A program made the position numbers and the translations under genes. Source: a virus (taxonomy: Duplodnaviria; Heunggongvirae; Uroviricota; Caudoviricetes). From it: a stretch of DNA of 64,000 nucleotides. The notes beneath the pieces are model-generated. The model was not told the DNA's origin. It did no database searches and worked only from the letters and a program-made list of their open reading frames with translations. Below, in pieces: positions 1 to 9,485 of this stretch. The stretch lies in IMG/VR virus record IMGVR_UViG_3300045988_152699; one strand, written 5' to 3'. Within the stretch, counting starts at the first letter, position 1. Each line of letters opens with the position of its first letter.

Positions 1-19
1 AAACCAACGTTTTAGTCTT
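1..19. other. Partial cix-like inversion crossover site (core AAACCAACGTTTT), truncated by the window edge
   Basis: Core resembles the gix/hix/cix family core AAACC-NN-GGTTT and lies immediately upstream of cin, as in P1/Mu/Salmonella invertase systems; the left half would be outside the window. Confidence 0.35.
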
Positions 20-73
20 AATCCCTACCTATACCAACGATGTATTTTTAACTAAACAAAGAGGTTGTTTTTC

Positions 74-646
74 ATGCAAATTGGCTACATTCGTGTGTCA
101 ACAAATGACCAAAACACAGATTTACAAAGAAATGCACTGAACTGCGCAGGATGTGAACTGATTTTTGAAGATAAAATAAGCGGAACAAAGTCAGCCAGAC
201 CAGGCTTGAAAAAGCTGCTCAGAACGTTATCAGAAGGAGATACGCTGGTTGTCTGGAAGCTGGATAGGCTTGGCAGAAGTATGAAACACCTTATCACGCT
301 TATAGAGGAGTTGCGGGAAAAAGGTGTTAATTTCCGTAGTCTGACAGACAGTATTGACACATCAACACCCATGGGGCGTTTCTTTTTTCACGTCATGGGG
401 GCTTTAGCAGAAATGGAACGTGAATTAATTGTTGAGAGAACACTGGCCGGACTGGCAGCTGCACGCGAACAGGGACGCATTGGCGGACGTCGCCCGAAGT
501 TGACAAAAGAACAACATGAGCAAATAGCGAGGTTGATCGAAAATGGCTACAGCAGGAAACAGTTGGCAATTATTTACGATATCGGTGTATCGACGATTTA
601 TCGTTACCATCCTGTAGAGAAGCGCCAAACTCAATCTGAGCTGTAA
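74..646 (+). CDS. cin: Cin site-specific DNA invertase (serine recombinase, Hin/Gin/Cin family)
   Basis: ORF 65..646; N-terminal IGYIRVSTNDQ catalytic serine motif and C-terminal HTH; AAGAGG SD about 10 nt before the ATG at 74 (the track start at 65 is TTG). Confidence 0.9.
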   Translation: MQIGYIRVSTNDQNTDLQRNALNCAGCELIFEDKISGTKSARPGLKKLLRTLSEGDTLVVWKLDRLGRSMKHLITLIEELREKGVNFRSLTDSIDTSTPMGRFFFHVMGALAEMERELIVERTLAGLAAAREQGRIGGRRPKLTKEQHEQIARLIENGYSRKQLAIIYDIGVSTIYRYHPVEKRQTQSEL

Positions 647-1081
647 TTCTAATGCCGCGTCGGTGTAATTTATCTTGATAGAATAGGTACATTTATCGCG
701 CGGCACATCAATTCGATGTATCTAGCGCCTGCTGACCGCTAATGAAAACTGTCCTCGAAATGTTGTCCCTAGCCCGAGACTAGGGTATCACCTCTGGAAA
801 GCATACGCAGAACCTTTTTTAACCCAGGGTGCCCAGCCTTTTTGCTGCTCGCCTTATTCGCAAAAATTAGCTCACATCCTGCGCTTTCAAGTGCTTTTCA
901 CTGCATAGCTGTGTTTTGTTCATTTGTCTATATGCGTACATAGCCTATTAGCATATTTTCTGCCCACTATCGTTATTTATTGCAAGCTACAGGTTTTAAT
1001 TAACAAAACCAGTGTGTGTGGAAATCACAAAGTGCATACCGTTCTCAGATGTTGTTCAACTTACTGTTGTATAGGTAAAAA

Positions 1082-1345
1082 ATGACATTTTATGTACATA
1101 TCGTGATGTTATCCCTTCTTGGTGGGGTGTATTCGTATTTGAGTGGGCTATGTGAAAACCGTTACGAGTCTTCATGCAAGAAATTGCTGGCCGAATGTAT
1201 TTCCGCCGTACTTGCTGGCTTTATTGGCATGTATCTCGCGGAATATAAGGATATGAATGAAAGCCTTCAGAGCTGCATGGTTCTTATTTTCAGCGCCAAT
1301 AGCAGGCTTATTATTGAAGGTTCCAAAAGTCGGTTGAATAGGTAA
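1082..1345 (+). CDS. Small membrane protein, holin-like (lysis determinant region)
   Basis: 87-aa ORF with two hydrophobic segments, sitting where the P1 lyd genes lie between cin and the darA operon. Confidence 0.4.
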   Translation: MTFYVHIVMLSLLGGVYSYLSGLCENRYESSCKKLLAECISAVLAGFIGMYLAEYKDMNESLQSCMVLIFSANSRLIIEGSKSRLNR

Positions 1346-1419
1346 GTCTCTTATGCAACATAACCGGTTGAGAAGTTACTTTGCATACCATTACCTCCTG
1401 ACAACGTAGGAGGGAACTT

Positions 1420-1749
1420 GTGCTTGACACACAGGAATTAGCTCCAGTTGCTATTGCGCTCCTGCTTTCAGTAATTGGTGGGATAGGCACGTTCCTGATG
1501 GATGTCCGAGACGGTCGCCAGTCTGGCAATTTGTTGGGATTGGTTACGGAGATCTTTGTTGCAGTGACAGCTGGCGCGGTGGCGTACCTATTGGGGCAAC
1601 ACGAGGGCTGGGAGTTATCAATTACGTACTTAATGGTAACGATAGCCAGCAATAACGGTCATGAGGTGATTTCAGGGATGAAACGAGTGAATATCGATAG
1701 CATTCTGAATGTTCTTACAAGTTTGGTGAAAAAGGGAGGCGGGAAATGA
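1420..1749 (+). CDS. Holin-like membrane protein (LydA-like)
   Basis: GTG start 6 nt after a strong AGGAGGG SD; three predicted TM segments; position matches the P1 lydA/lydB locus. Confidence 0.5.
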   Translation: MLDTQELAPVAIALLLSVIGGIGTFLMDVRDGRQSGNLLGLVTEIFVAVTAGAVAYLLGQHEGWELSITYLMVTIASNNGHEVISGMKRVNIDSILNVLTSLVKKGGGK

Positions 1750-2189
1750 TTGGCTGGGGTGTATGCGTTCTTGCGTTAGCCTTAGCCGATCGCTATTTGC
1801 TAAAACGCAAGGACATCACGCATTTAGAACTTGGTGATGTGGAAATTAAACCGGGTTTCATCCGGGTGCCGTTCAAATACCGGTCTAAATTCCCGTTTTT
1901 GCGCGGCGCAACGGTCAGATATTGGATCCGCGATGTTCAGAAGCCGACGACAGTGATTGAAGGCGAACAACGTTGTTTGACGTCGGCTGAACAGGGCGAA
2001 AACAGTGAATGGTTGTACATACCCACTGAATATATGGGTAAAGGAGAGCGACTGTGGCATTTCAACGTCATGGTTACGCATGGCGACTCGTTCATTAACC
2101 CGTTGTATCGGATTTTCCCTGTTACTCAGCAAATCCGCAGAAGTTACGTAATAAATCTCGCACAGGATGTGTCAGATGACGAAAAATAA
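1746..2189 (+). CDS. Putative antiholin / lysis regulator (LydB-like)
   Basis: ATG overlaps the stop of the previous ORF (translational coupling); GGGAGG SD; assigned by synteny only. Confidence 0.4.
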   Translation: MIGWGVCVLALALADRYLLKRKDITHLELGDVEIKPGFIRVPFKYRSKFPFLRGATVRYWIRDVQKPTTVIEGEQRCLTSAEQGENSEWLYIPTEYMGKGERLWHFNVMVTHGDSFINPLYRIFPVTQQIRRSYVINLAQDVSDDEK

Positions 2190-2778
2190 GTATGCAACGG
2201 TCGATTTTGACCAGGTTAATGAAAAGGGGCTGAAATCCCTTATCGCGGCGATCAATAAAACCGGTGTTACGGTAATTGAGGTTGACTCCAGCAACCGCGC
2301 AACAACGAAAGATGGCGTTAAAGTTAAAACCGCAAAGCTGGTTCTTAACGACGGACAAATTCTTGCCATACAGGTAAACGATACTGGCGATATATCGTCT
2401 GTGAGGCTGAATGGAAAAGCTATTCCTAACGCTCAATCGCCGGATATCAAGACGCTTGGTACCGTCATGGGGCAAGCGGCCCGCAAAAACTCCGCAAAAT
2501 TCCAGAAATCACTGATCGCCAAAGCGAAACGTGTTGCCAATCCGGTAGACAAGAAACCGGCAGTAAAATCCAACTTTCAGCGCCTGCAAGAGGCAAAACA
2601 GCGGAATGCTCAGGTGGTTGCCGCTTATAAATCAGCGCAGAACTCGGTGTCTTTCAATCAACAGCAGATCACTGATTTGCGGGCGAAGCTGGATAAGGAG
2701 ACAGGCCGACTCAATAACGAAAAGGCCCGAAATGGCGAACTCAAACGCCGTCTTAAGCAACTGAAAGCAGGAAATTAA
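2176..2778 (+). CDS. hdf: Hdf, homolog of a DarA fragment
   Basis: Shares a visible motif with DarA (…RKNSAKFQ… followed by a coiled-coil); lies directly upstream of darA; AGGA SD before the ATG at 2176. Confidence 0.55.
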   Translation: MTKNKYATVDFDQVNEKGLKSLIAAINKTGVTVIEVDSSNRATTKDGVKVKTAKLVLNDGQILAIQVNDTGDISSVRLNGKAIPNAQSPDIKTLGTVMGQAARKNSAKFQKSLIAKAKRVANPVDKKPAVKSNFQRLQEAKQRNAQVVAAYKSAQNSVSFNQQQITDLRAKLDKETGRLNNEKARNGELKRRLKQLKAGN

Positions 2779-2779
2779 C

Positions 2780-4699
2780 ATGGAACAGTTCAATATCAAT
2801 AAAGGGGTGACGATCAAGCCTGGGCTTGACGTGCTTCCCCCGCCAGTGACTGATGATGAATATCGCGCATTAATGGCCGGTGAGGACCGCTATCTGATGA
2901 CGGAATCCAACACCCTGGAGGAAATCGAGGCTACGTTCTTCTATGACACGCCGATCCACTGGTGTGCTACGGATTTACTGGAGGCGATTAGTTCTACTCG
3001 TTTGCAGTTACACCGGACCATGCAGGCATTTGTCCGGGCATTGAACCAGAAGCTGAATGGTACCGGAATCTCTGCGGGGAGTGATAAAACGGGGGATGTG
3101 GCCCAGAGCGGCGCGCGCGCGATCGGCGGCGCTGAAATTGGCCGGGCACGTAACGTTAACGGGCTGCCGGTCTTGCCAGCCATTATTCCGCTCAGTGATG
3201 GTCAGACTATCAGCATTCTGTTTCATAGCCCGACAGCGGAAAACCGGATCACCAATAGCGATACGCTGGTTGCTTTCCAGTTCTTACTGAATAAAAAAGA
3301 CGTTACTCACACCGTTGCTCCGATGAGTGGACGTGATATGACGCTGGCGCAGGTCACCATGAAACTTGCCAACCTTGCAGAGAAAAACTCGGCAAAATTC
3401 CAGCGTGCGCAGAAGAAGAAAAAAGCCCTTGTTGATGAAATAACTCAACTACAGGCTGACAGTGACCAGAAAGAGGATGCCATGAGCGACCTCGCGGATC
3501 AGGTGGCAGCGGTAGAAGGGCAGAAGGCAGATCTGGAGCAGAAAATTAACGCTGTTGCATCGGAAGCGGATTCTCTTTATGAAGAGAATGAGCGTTTGCA
3601 GACGGAGATTGATCAGCTCAATCGCACTGGTGGGCGCGATACCATTGCTCCAGCGGGGATGACTGGTGGGCACTCTCGCGCGCTGACGGATCGCCTTGCC
3701 AGTATCAAAAATCGTATGCATATGGACGGGGAAGTGACGCTCAGTAATGGTGCATCAATGAAGCAATTCATTGGGGGCGGCGAAGGGTATATCCAGTTAA
3801 CCGATCCGGATGGCAGCGTATACATGATCAAGGCTAAATCCATACAGGGTGTGGACATGGCAGATGCGATCGGCAAGCTGTTTAAAGCCTATAAAGCGGG
3901 TAATGTATCGGAATACCTGGTCCAACCAGAAGAACATAAACCGGAAAACGTCGAACCTGAACCAGCGGAGGATACCGGTAGCTCTTCGCCTGAACCAGAA
4001 GTCTCTGTAGGTGCATATCGATATGCCCTGCAAATGCGTCCGGCGGCCCCTGGCGCAATACCTGAAGGTAACAAAGCAATTCTGCCGCGCCCTGATGAAG
4101 GTGACCCGTATTATGAATATGCACGCTACGGCATTGCTACTTACGATACCCCGCTTTCTGATCAGCAAATGAGTGAGTACGACCTGAAGTTATTGCCTCG
4201 CGAGGATTCTTTCGACTTCCTGGCTAAGACACTTACTAATGGTCCGTTTGGCAAATATGCACAAAAAGCTCTGGAGCTGGCCACCAGCTCACCAGACGAG
4301 TTCCGCGTAATGCTGAAAACTCAGTTTCAAAAAACTTTCCCCAATATTGCGTTTCCTGGGGGCGCTGGCACCGAGAAAATGGTGCAGAGCATGATCAATG
4401 CATTGCAGGCCGAAGTCGGTGAGATTACTCAGCCAGAACCGGCCACGGCACAGCCTGATGAAACGGTTAGCGAAGCAGATGCAGAGGCTAATAAAGCCAT
4501 TGAATATCTCAATAACGTGATGGATATACAAAGCACTGACATGGCGGAGATCCGTAACGCCCGGGGCAATGTCCGGGAAGCGATTGCAGCCCTTCAGGCT
4601 GCCGGACGTTTTGAGGAAAACGAAGAGCTGGTTAACGGCGCAGCTCGCCACCTGGCTGATCTGTTGGTAGCAATCCAGAAAGCGGGGGTAGCGGCATGA
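2780..4699 (+). CDS. darA: DarA precursor (virion-packaged antirestriction protein)
   Basis: 639-aa ORF, the size and position of P1 DarA; operon order hdf-darA-ddrA-ddrB; central coiled-coil region. Confidence 0.7.
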   Translation: MEQFNINKGVTIKPGLDVLPPPVTDDEYRALMAGEDRYLMTESNTLEEIEATFFYDTPIHWCATDLLEAISSTRLQLHRTMQAFVRALNQKLNGTGISAGSDKTGDVAQSGARAIGGAEIGRARNVNGLPVLPAIIPLSDGQTISILFHSPTAENRITNSDTLVAFQFLLNKKDVTHTVAPMSGRDMTLAQVTMKLANLAEKNSAKFQRAQKKKKALVDEITQLQADSDQKEDAMSDLADQVAAVEGQKADLEQKINAVASEADSLYEENERLQTEIDQLNRTGGRDTIAPAGMTGGHSRALTDRLASIKNRMHMDGEVTLSNGASMKQFIGGGEGYIQLTDPDGSVYMIKAKSIQGVDMADAIGKLFKAYKAGNVSEYLVQPEEHKPENVEPEPAEDTGSSSPEPEVSVGAYRYALQMRPAAPGAIPEGNKAILPRPDEGDPYYEYARYGIATYDTPLSDQQMSEYDLKLLPREDSFDFLAKTLTNGPFGKYAQKALELATSSPDEFRVMLKTQFQKTFPNIAFPGGAGTEKMVQSMINALQAEVGEITQPEPATAQPDETVSEADAEANKAIEYLNNVMDIQSTDMAEIRNARGNVREAIAALQAAGRFEENEELVNGAARHLADLLVAIQKAGVAA

Positions 4700-5061
4700 C
4701 ACTATCAGCTATTGAGTTAATGGATCTCAGCGATAAGTTGGATGCTCTGATGTCCAAAGCGGCTACCGCGAGTGGCATGGAGTTGCTGGATATCAGCGAT
4801 GAAATTGACCAGATCATGCAACAGATGGGGTACGGTGTGTCCGGCGGCAGTAGTGGCGAGGAAAAACAACCTTCGGTACATGATGGTGTGCCAAAACTGG
4901 TTGCTGATTTCCTGGCTGATAAATTCGTCGATCAGAGCACCGATGCATTTATCGGTACCTTGCAGGATTTGAGTCAATATGTTGGCACATACATCGACCT
5001 GGACCAGGTTAAACAGCACACGGCGGCATGGATAGCCGCCAACATTAAAGAGGCAGCATAA
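4696..5061 (+). CDS. ddrA: DdrA-like protein (darA operon)
   Basis: 121-aa ORF overlapping the darA stop (ATGA); assigned by synteny with P1. Confidence 0.5.
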   Translation: MTLSAIELMDLSDKLDALMSKAATASGMELLDISDEIDQIMQQMGYGVSGGSSGEEKQPSVHDGVPKLVADFLADKFVDQSTDAFIGTLQDLSQYVGTYIDLDQVKQHTAAWIAANIKEAA

Positions 5062-5073
5062 GGCGTAACAGGG

Positions 5074-8061
5074 ATGAGCTTAAGCGATCAGGTGGTAATG
5101 GCCACCAGCATAGAAACGCTGATCGAGCTGCTAAAGAACCTGCCCGATTACGGGCGGGTTTCGTATGTGGTGACAGCGAAGGGAGACGAGGTAAAAACAG
5201 CGTTTGATATCGTCGATGCCTCAGCTCTTTTGGTATCCAATACTCTGGATGGGAAAATTAATCCTGACTATCCCCAGGAACTTCAGCCGCGCGACCGGAC
5301 CCGCGCATCCAGCCTTCTTCAGGTTAACCAGATATCCAAAGATTTGCGGCCAGCTCAGCTTACTGATTCCGGTTTATCCAGCCATGGTGCGCCAATAATT
5401 GGTGAGGACAATGCCGTTGAGTCAGGTAATGGGCGGACCATGGGGATCATTAAAGCCTATCAGGACGGTAATGCGGATCGGTATCGGGAGTACCTGATTG
5501 AACATGCGACCGAATTCGGCATACGGCCTGAAAAGGTTGAATCAATGACGGCTCCGGTACTGGTGCGCCGCCGGTTAACGAAGGTTGACCGTGTTCAGTT
5601 TGCCAAGGACTCAAATATTTCTGATCTCCAGGAAATGGCAGCCAGTGAAAAGGCTTTTGTTGATGCCGACAGCATAACACCGGCGATGATGGCGTTGTTT
5701 AACCCGTCAGAAAGTGGAGATCTGCTTAGCCGCAGTAATGACGCGTTTATTCGCGGATTTATGACGCAAGTTGGTGCCACACAGGCGGCTGGCCTTGTAA
5801 CTGAAGATGGGCGACCAACACGGCAACTTGTAGACCGTATACAAAACGCGATCTTTGCCAAGGCATATAAGGATGCGCGCCTGGTAAGGATGGTTGCAGA
5901 AGAACCTGATCCGGATATGCGTAATGTTCTGACGGCGCTTAATGCGGCAGCCAATGATTTTGTCCAGATGCAGGCTTTATCAGGAGAAGCGCACAAGCAG
6001 GCTGTGACAACTATTGTTGATGGCATTGAGACAGCGGATAGCCTCGATAAAAAGGCGCTGGCGGCATTGAAAGATGCGGTAGACCTGGTAAGGCAATCGA
6101 AGGAGTCAGGCCAGCATATTACCGATGTTATTGCTCAGGGGGATATGTTCAGCGAAACGGCCCCGGAAGTGAAAGCACTCGCGTTGTTCATCGTCGCGAA
6201 TAACCGTAGCGCGAAGCGTATGGCCACCGCCTTTAAGTTGATGGCTCAACGTATCAATGATGAGTTACAGCACCAGGGCCAGGCGCTGGGGGATATGTTT
6301 GGCGGCGGCGATGTGTCGTTACAGGATATCCTTCGCCAGGTGTCTCAGGAACTGGAAAACGAAGGCATGCAAGGGATATCCGGCGGTCTTTTCGAGTCCG
6401 TTTCCGGCGGTAGTTACAACGGTGTTGCTCCGTATACCAGTTTGCTATTACATCGGGCATCCGGCATCAAAGACATTATTCATCTGATCAGGCTGCTTTC
6501 CCGCACAGATCCCCAGGATGAACAGCTTGTACAAGTGCTTGCGCATTTTGTTCGAATGCCTGTTGCCGACGTGAAAAAATGGTGCCGATTATTCGGTATC
6601 AGCAATTCGTTACTTCGCGGATTGTTAAATCACGCATCCTCCCTTGGGCGCGACGGCTTTGATGAGATAGCGCAGGCGATAAAAAACGGAGATATGCCAC
6701 CAGCTATTGACTGGTTTTCCATTCGCCCAACCAGGGTGAAAGCATTCCTTAGCGCGGCGCATTCGGCATCACCATTGGCAGAAATGGTTCAGAGGTTGTC
6801 GCTCATATTCACAGACCATACCGCGTTGGGTGATCTGACTCTGGACGAGATGAAAGAAGCCTCCATTCAGTGGGCCGATCAACAAAATGAGGTTAACTCA
6901 GACTTCTTGCCAGCATTCAGGAAGGCCGTTAGTAAAGCGGATGATGCCCGTGGAATTCTGAAGGCATTTAAGGCATTGCAAAGTCGTGTTAATAAACATG
7001 TCGGTGATATCGATGGGGTAACGGCGGAAGGCCGGGATATCCTTAAAGAGCACGGCATAACGCCAGAGTTTATTGATGAGATCAGGACTGATATGCAGCG
7101 TGAGGTCGTATCGTCCCTGCAAATCGTAGCCAGAGCGTTGGCAGATGCTAATCCGAAGAGTGCGGCCATTGTTAACCGGGTTATTGGTGATATTGAAGCA
7201 TCGGAGGGCATGGGGGCGCTGAAACTCTTCCTTTCGCGAGCGTTTAATCCTAACGGCAATATTCTCCCTGGCATTATTGGTGAGGCTAAAAAGTATGTCA
7301 GTGAAGAAGAACTTGAGCAGCTTGACCAACTACTTAAGCGATTCTCATATAACCCGCAGACACGCTGGCAAATGAATCAGCGAAGTATGGGTTCGGTCCA
7401 CGAGAAAGTGTTATCTGCCATGAACAGTGCGATCGCAAACTCATCCGTATCTGAAGAAAAAGCTCTTGAGTGGGCCGACTCTTTTATCACAGAAGAAGTG
7501 GAAGAAGCCCGCGCTGGACAGAATGGTGGGATAGACCTGCGCAAGGAACTTGCTGATATTTATCGCCTGACTGGCGGGAAAATATCGACCTTATCAAAGG
7601 TAGTTCACCACCAGGGAAGGGCATATGCAAATCTAAATGGTGTTGTTGCTGTCAATTTGAACGATGAAAATGCAAGTGCACTGTGGCACGAGCTGGGTCA
7701 TCATCTTGAGTACAGTAACCCTGGTTTGTTAGAGAAAGCCCGGTCATTCCTGAAGGCCAATGTTGAAGGGGATAAGCCATCTTTCGTCAATATCGGTGGG
7801 CGTGGCAAGCCTGAATGGTGCTTCAGATCTCGATTGAGTAATATTTATATGGCGAAGGTATACCCGCCAGCCTCAGTAAGTAACACCGGGAAAATTCGGC
7901 AGAAATCACCGACTATTTCCAAAACGTCAGCAACGGAAGTATTCTCTATGGCTCTTCAGTTGTATCATGACAAAGAGGCCGCTGCCGCATCACTGATGAA
8001 TGGTGACGGATTGCTGGAACTGTTATTAGGTGTGGCAAAGGAGCTAAATAATGCAGATTAA
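5074..8061 (+). CDS. ddrB: DdrB-like large protein (darA operon)
   Basis: 995-aa ORF following ddrA; size and position match P1 DdrB; function inferred from synteny. Confidence 0.55.
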   Translation: MSLSDQVVMATSIETLIELLKNLPDYGRVSYVVTAKGDEVKTAFDIVDASALLVSNTLDGKINPDYPQELQPRDRTRASSLLQVNQISKDLRPAQLTDSGLSSHGAPIIGEDNAVESGNGRTMGIIKAYQDGNADRYREYLIEHATEFGIRPEKVESMTAPVLVRRRLTKVDRVQFAKDSNISDLQEMAASEKAFVDADSITPAMMALFNPSESGDLLSRSNDAFIRGFMTQVGATQAAGLVTEDGRPTRQLVDRIQNAIFAKAYKDARLVRMVAEEPDPDMRNVLTALNAAANDFVQMQALSGEAHKQAVTTIVDGIETADSLDKKALAALKDAVDLVRQSKESGQHITDVIAQGDMFSETAPEVKALALFIVANNRSAKRMATAFKLMAQRINDELQHQGQALGDMFGGGDVSLQDILRQVSQELENEGMQGISGGLFESVSGGSYNGVAPYTSLLLHRASGIKDIIHLIRLLSRTDPQDEQLVQVLAHFVRMPVADVKKWCRLFGISNSLLRGLLNHASSLGRDGFDEIAQAIKNGDMPPAIDWFSIRPTRVKAFLSAAHSASPLAEMVQRLSLIFTDHTALGDLTLDEMKEASIQWADQQNEVNSDFLPAFRKAVSKADDARGILKAFKALQSRVNKHVGDIDGVTAEGRDILKEHGITPEFIDEIRTDMQREVVSSLQIVARALADANPKSAAIVNRVIGDIEASEGMGALKLFLSRAFNPNGNILPGIIGEAKKYVSEEELEQLDQLLKRFSYNPQTRWQMNQRSMGSVHEKVLSAMNSAIANSSVSEEKALEWADSFITEEVEEARAGQNGGIDLRKELADIYRLTGGKISTLSKVVHHQGRAYANLNGVVAVNLNDENASALWHELGHHLEYSNPGLLEKARSFLKANVEGDKPSFVNIGGRGKPEWCFRSRLSNIYMAKVYPPASVSNTGKIRQKSPTISKTSATEVFSMALQLYHDKEAAAASLMNGDGLLELLLGVAKELNNAD

Positions 8062-8359
8062 AATCGCAGCGCCATTAGGTGGAGATGCCATTATCGAATT
8101 TGATGATAATGAAGAAGTTTCCGGGCGTTTAAGCATTATCTCCGGTGACATTACCGAGGACATGATCGCTGAAGCCATAGCTGGGGCAAATCCCAATAGC
8201 TATATGGGATTCGTTAACACCCTTGATGCTCCCGCAAGTGATGTTCTCCGAACGCTGCATCTTTACGCTGGCTGGTTTGTTGATTGGCCAGCAGTAGATG
8301 GTGGCGATGAGGACGACGACGATGATTTTGGTGATCATGTAGACCAGATCGTATATTGA
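8051..8359 (+). CDS. Small acidic protein, last gene of the darA operon
   Basis: AAGGA SD 8 nt upstream; overlaps the ddrB stop; strongly acidic C-terminus (DGGDEDDDDDFGD); followed by an intrinsic terminator. Confidence 0.45.
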   Translation: MQIKIAAPLGGDAIIEFDDNEEVSGRLSIISGDITEDMIAEAIAGANPNSYMGFVNTLDAPASDVLRTLHLYAGWFVDWPAVDGGDEDDDDDFGDHVDQIVY

Positions 8360-8363
8360 AGAA

Positions 8364-8389
8364 ATCCCGCCAATCGGCGGGATTTTTAC
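8364..8389. terminator. Bidirectional rho-independent terminator (AAATCCCGCC-AATC-GGCGGGATTT plus T-run)
   Basis: Perfect GC-rich hairpin followed by TTTT, between convergent genes. Confidence 0.6.
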
Positions 8390-8390
8390 C

Positions 8391-9485
8391 TCACGAGAAG
8401 CTTTTTTCTGATGTCAGCCAACAGTGCTCGTGCAAATCTCTTGGTGGTTTTTCGACAAATGCCTCTTCAGCCACATCCTGCCAGGGGATTTGTTTAGCCC
8501 ATTCAGTTATAGCGTTATGGTTTGCCGAGAATAACGGTATTGTATAGGCCTTCAGCCAGTCTAATGTGCTGGAGTTGTGTTTTTGAGCGTGATGTTTCGC
8601 ATGGTGTTTGGCGATCACGATCGTAGGCACTACCCATTTACTACCGTCAGTCATTGTGAAGTGCATATTACGGGGAACAGATGACTTTTCCATCAACTCC
8701 CGAATCCCGGGGAATTTCCCCAAGATCAATCGGCGATATTCATCGCTATTGCGCCCACCAAACTCTTTGGCTTTGAATTCAAGATATGCTTCAGAAACGA
8801 GAGGTGAATCCTCTGTGTTTAGAGTTATCGCCGTGAAAAAACCAGCAGGATTGTTTTTACTATGGGCCAACCGGTGATGCGAATCATAAAAGTACCCTTT
8901 CTCGCGTTCCGATGGTTTCGACAGCAACAGCAGGCGCGAGTCATAATTGGTTAAATTGCCAGTTATCACTGCATGAGCGCGATCGCTGATTTCCGCCGAG
9001 TTAATAACGATGAAAAGATCGTGCGGTCCAGTAAAACCAGCCAGAGACTCTTCGTTATTCAGACAATAGGTTATATAGACGCATCCCCATGTTTCACTGA
9101 TATGCACCAACCCTTTGTCAGGGTGTATTCTGAAATAATTGCCAAGAAAAGGGTGTTTTTGGGTAACTCGCTCCCAATAACGGAACATATAGTCAATTAT
9201 TGTTTTTCGACTATCGTTAATCGCAGGAGAAACAACCACTGTACGGGAACACGAATACAGTATTGTTTGCAGGATGCTAATCACTGCCACAATAGAGGTT
9301 TCCCCAATACCATGTGGTGTGGTGGCAGTGACTTTGGCTCCGGTGTTCTTTATCGCGTTAATAATTTTTGCTTGATGAGGTGTTAACTCAATATCAAGCA
9401 ACTCTTTTGCTGCCAGTTCCCAATTGTCTTTATACCGTTCTATCAGTGCTAACCAGGCAGATTCATTCTGTATACGATTAATCAC
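8391..9485 (-). CDS. Paralog of the terminase large-subunit (PacB) ATPase domain with degenerate Walker motifs
   Basis: Collinear with the N-terminal ~270 aa of PacB (28591..30075), e.g. [24 protein letters not shown] versus [23 protein letters not shown]; Walker A reads HGIGETS (PacB HGTGKS) and Walker B FIVINSAE (PacB YIIDEAS). Confidence 0.6.
   Translation of the reverse strand: MINRIQNESAWLALIERYKDNWELAAKELLDIELTPHQAKIINAIKNTGAKVTATTPHGIGETSIVAVISILQTILYSCSRTVVVSPAINDSRKTIIDYMFRYWERVTQKHPFLGNYFRIHPDKGLVHISETWGCVYITYCLNNEESLAGFTGPHDLFIVINSAEISDRAHAVITGNLTNYDSRLLLLSKPSEREKGYFYDSHHRLAHSKNNPAGFFTAITLNTEDSPLVSEAYLEFKAKEFGGRNSDEYRRLILGKFPGIRELMEKSSVPRNMHFTMTDGSKWVVPTIVIAKHHAKHHAQKHNSSTLDWLKAYTIPLFSANHNAITEWAKQIPWQDVAEEAFVEKPPRDLHEHCWLTSEKSFS

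Noticed and set aside
85-706. Antisense ORFs inside cin (85..372 and 425..706, minus strand)
   Set aside because: They are fully contained within the well-supported cin coding sequence on the opposite strand and have no motifs.
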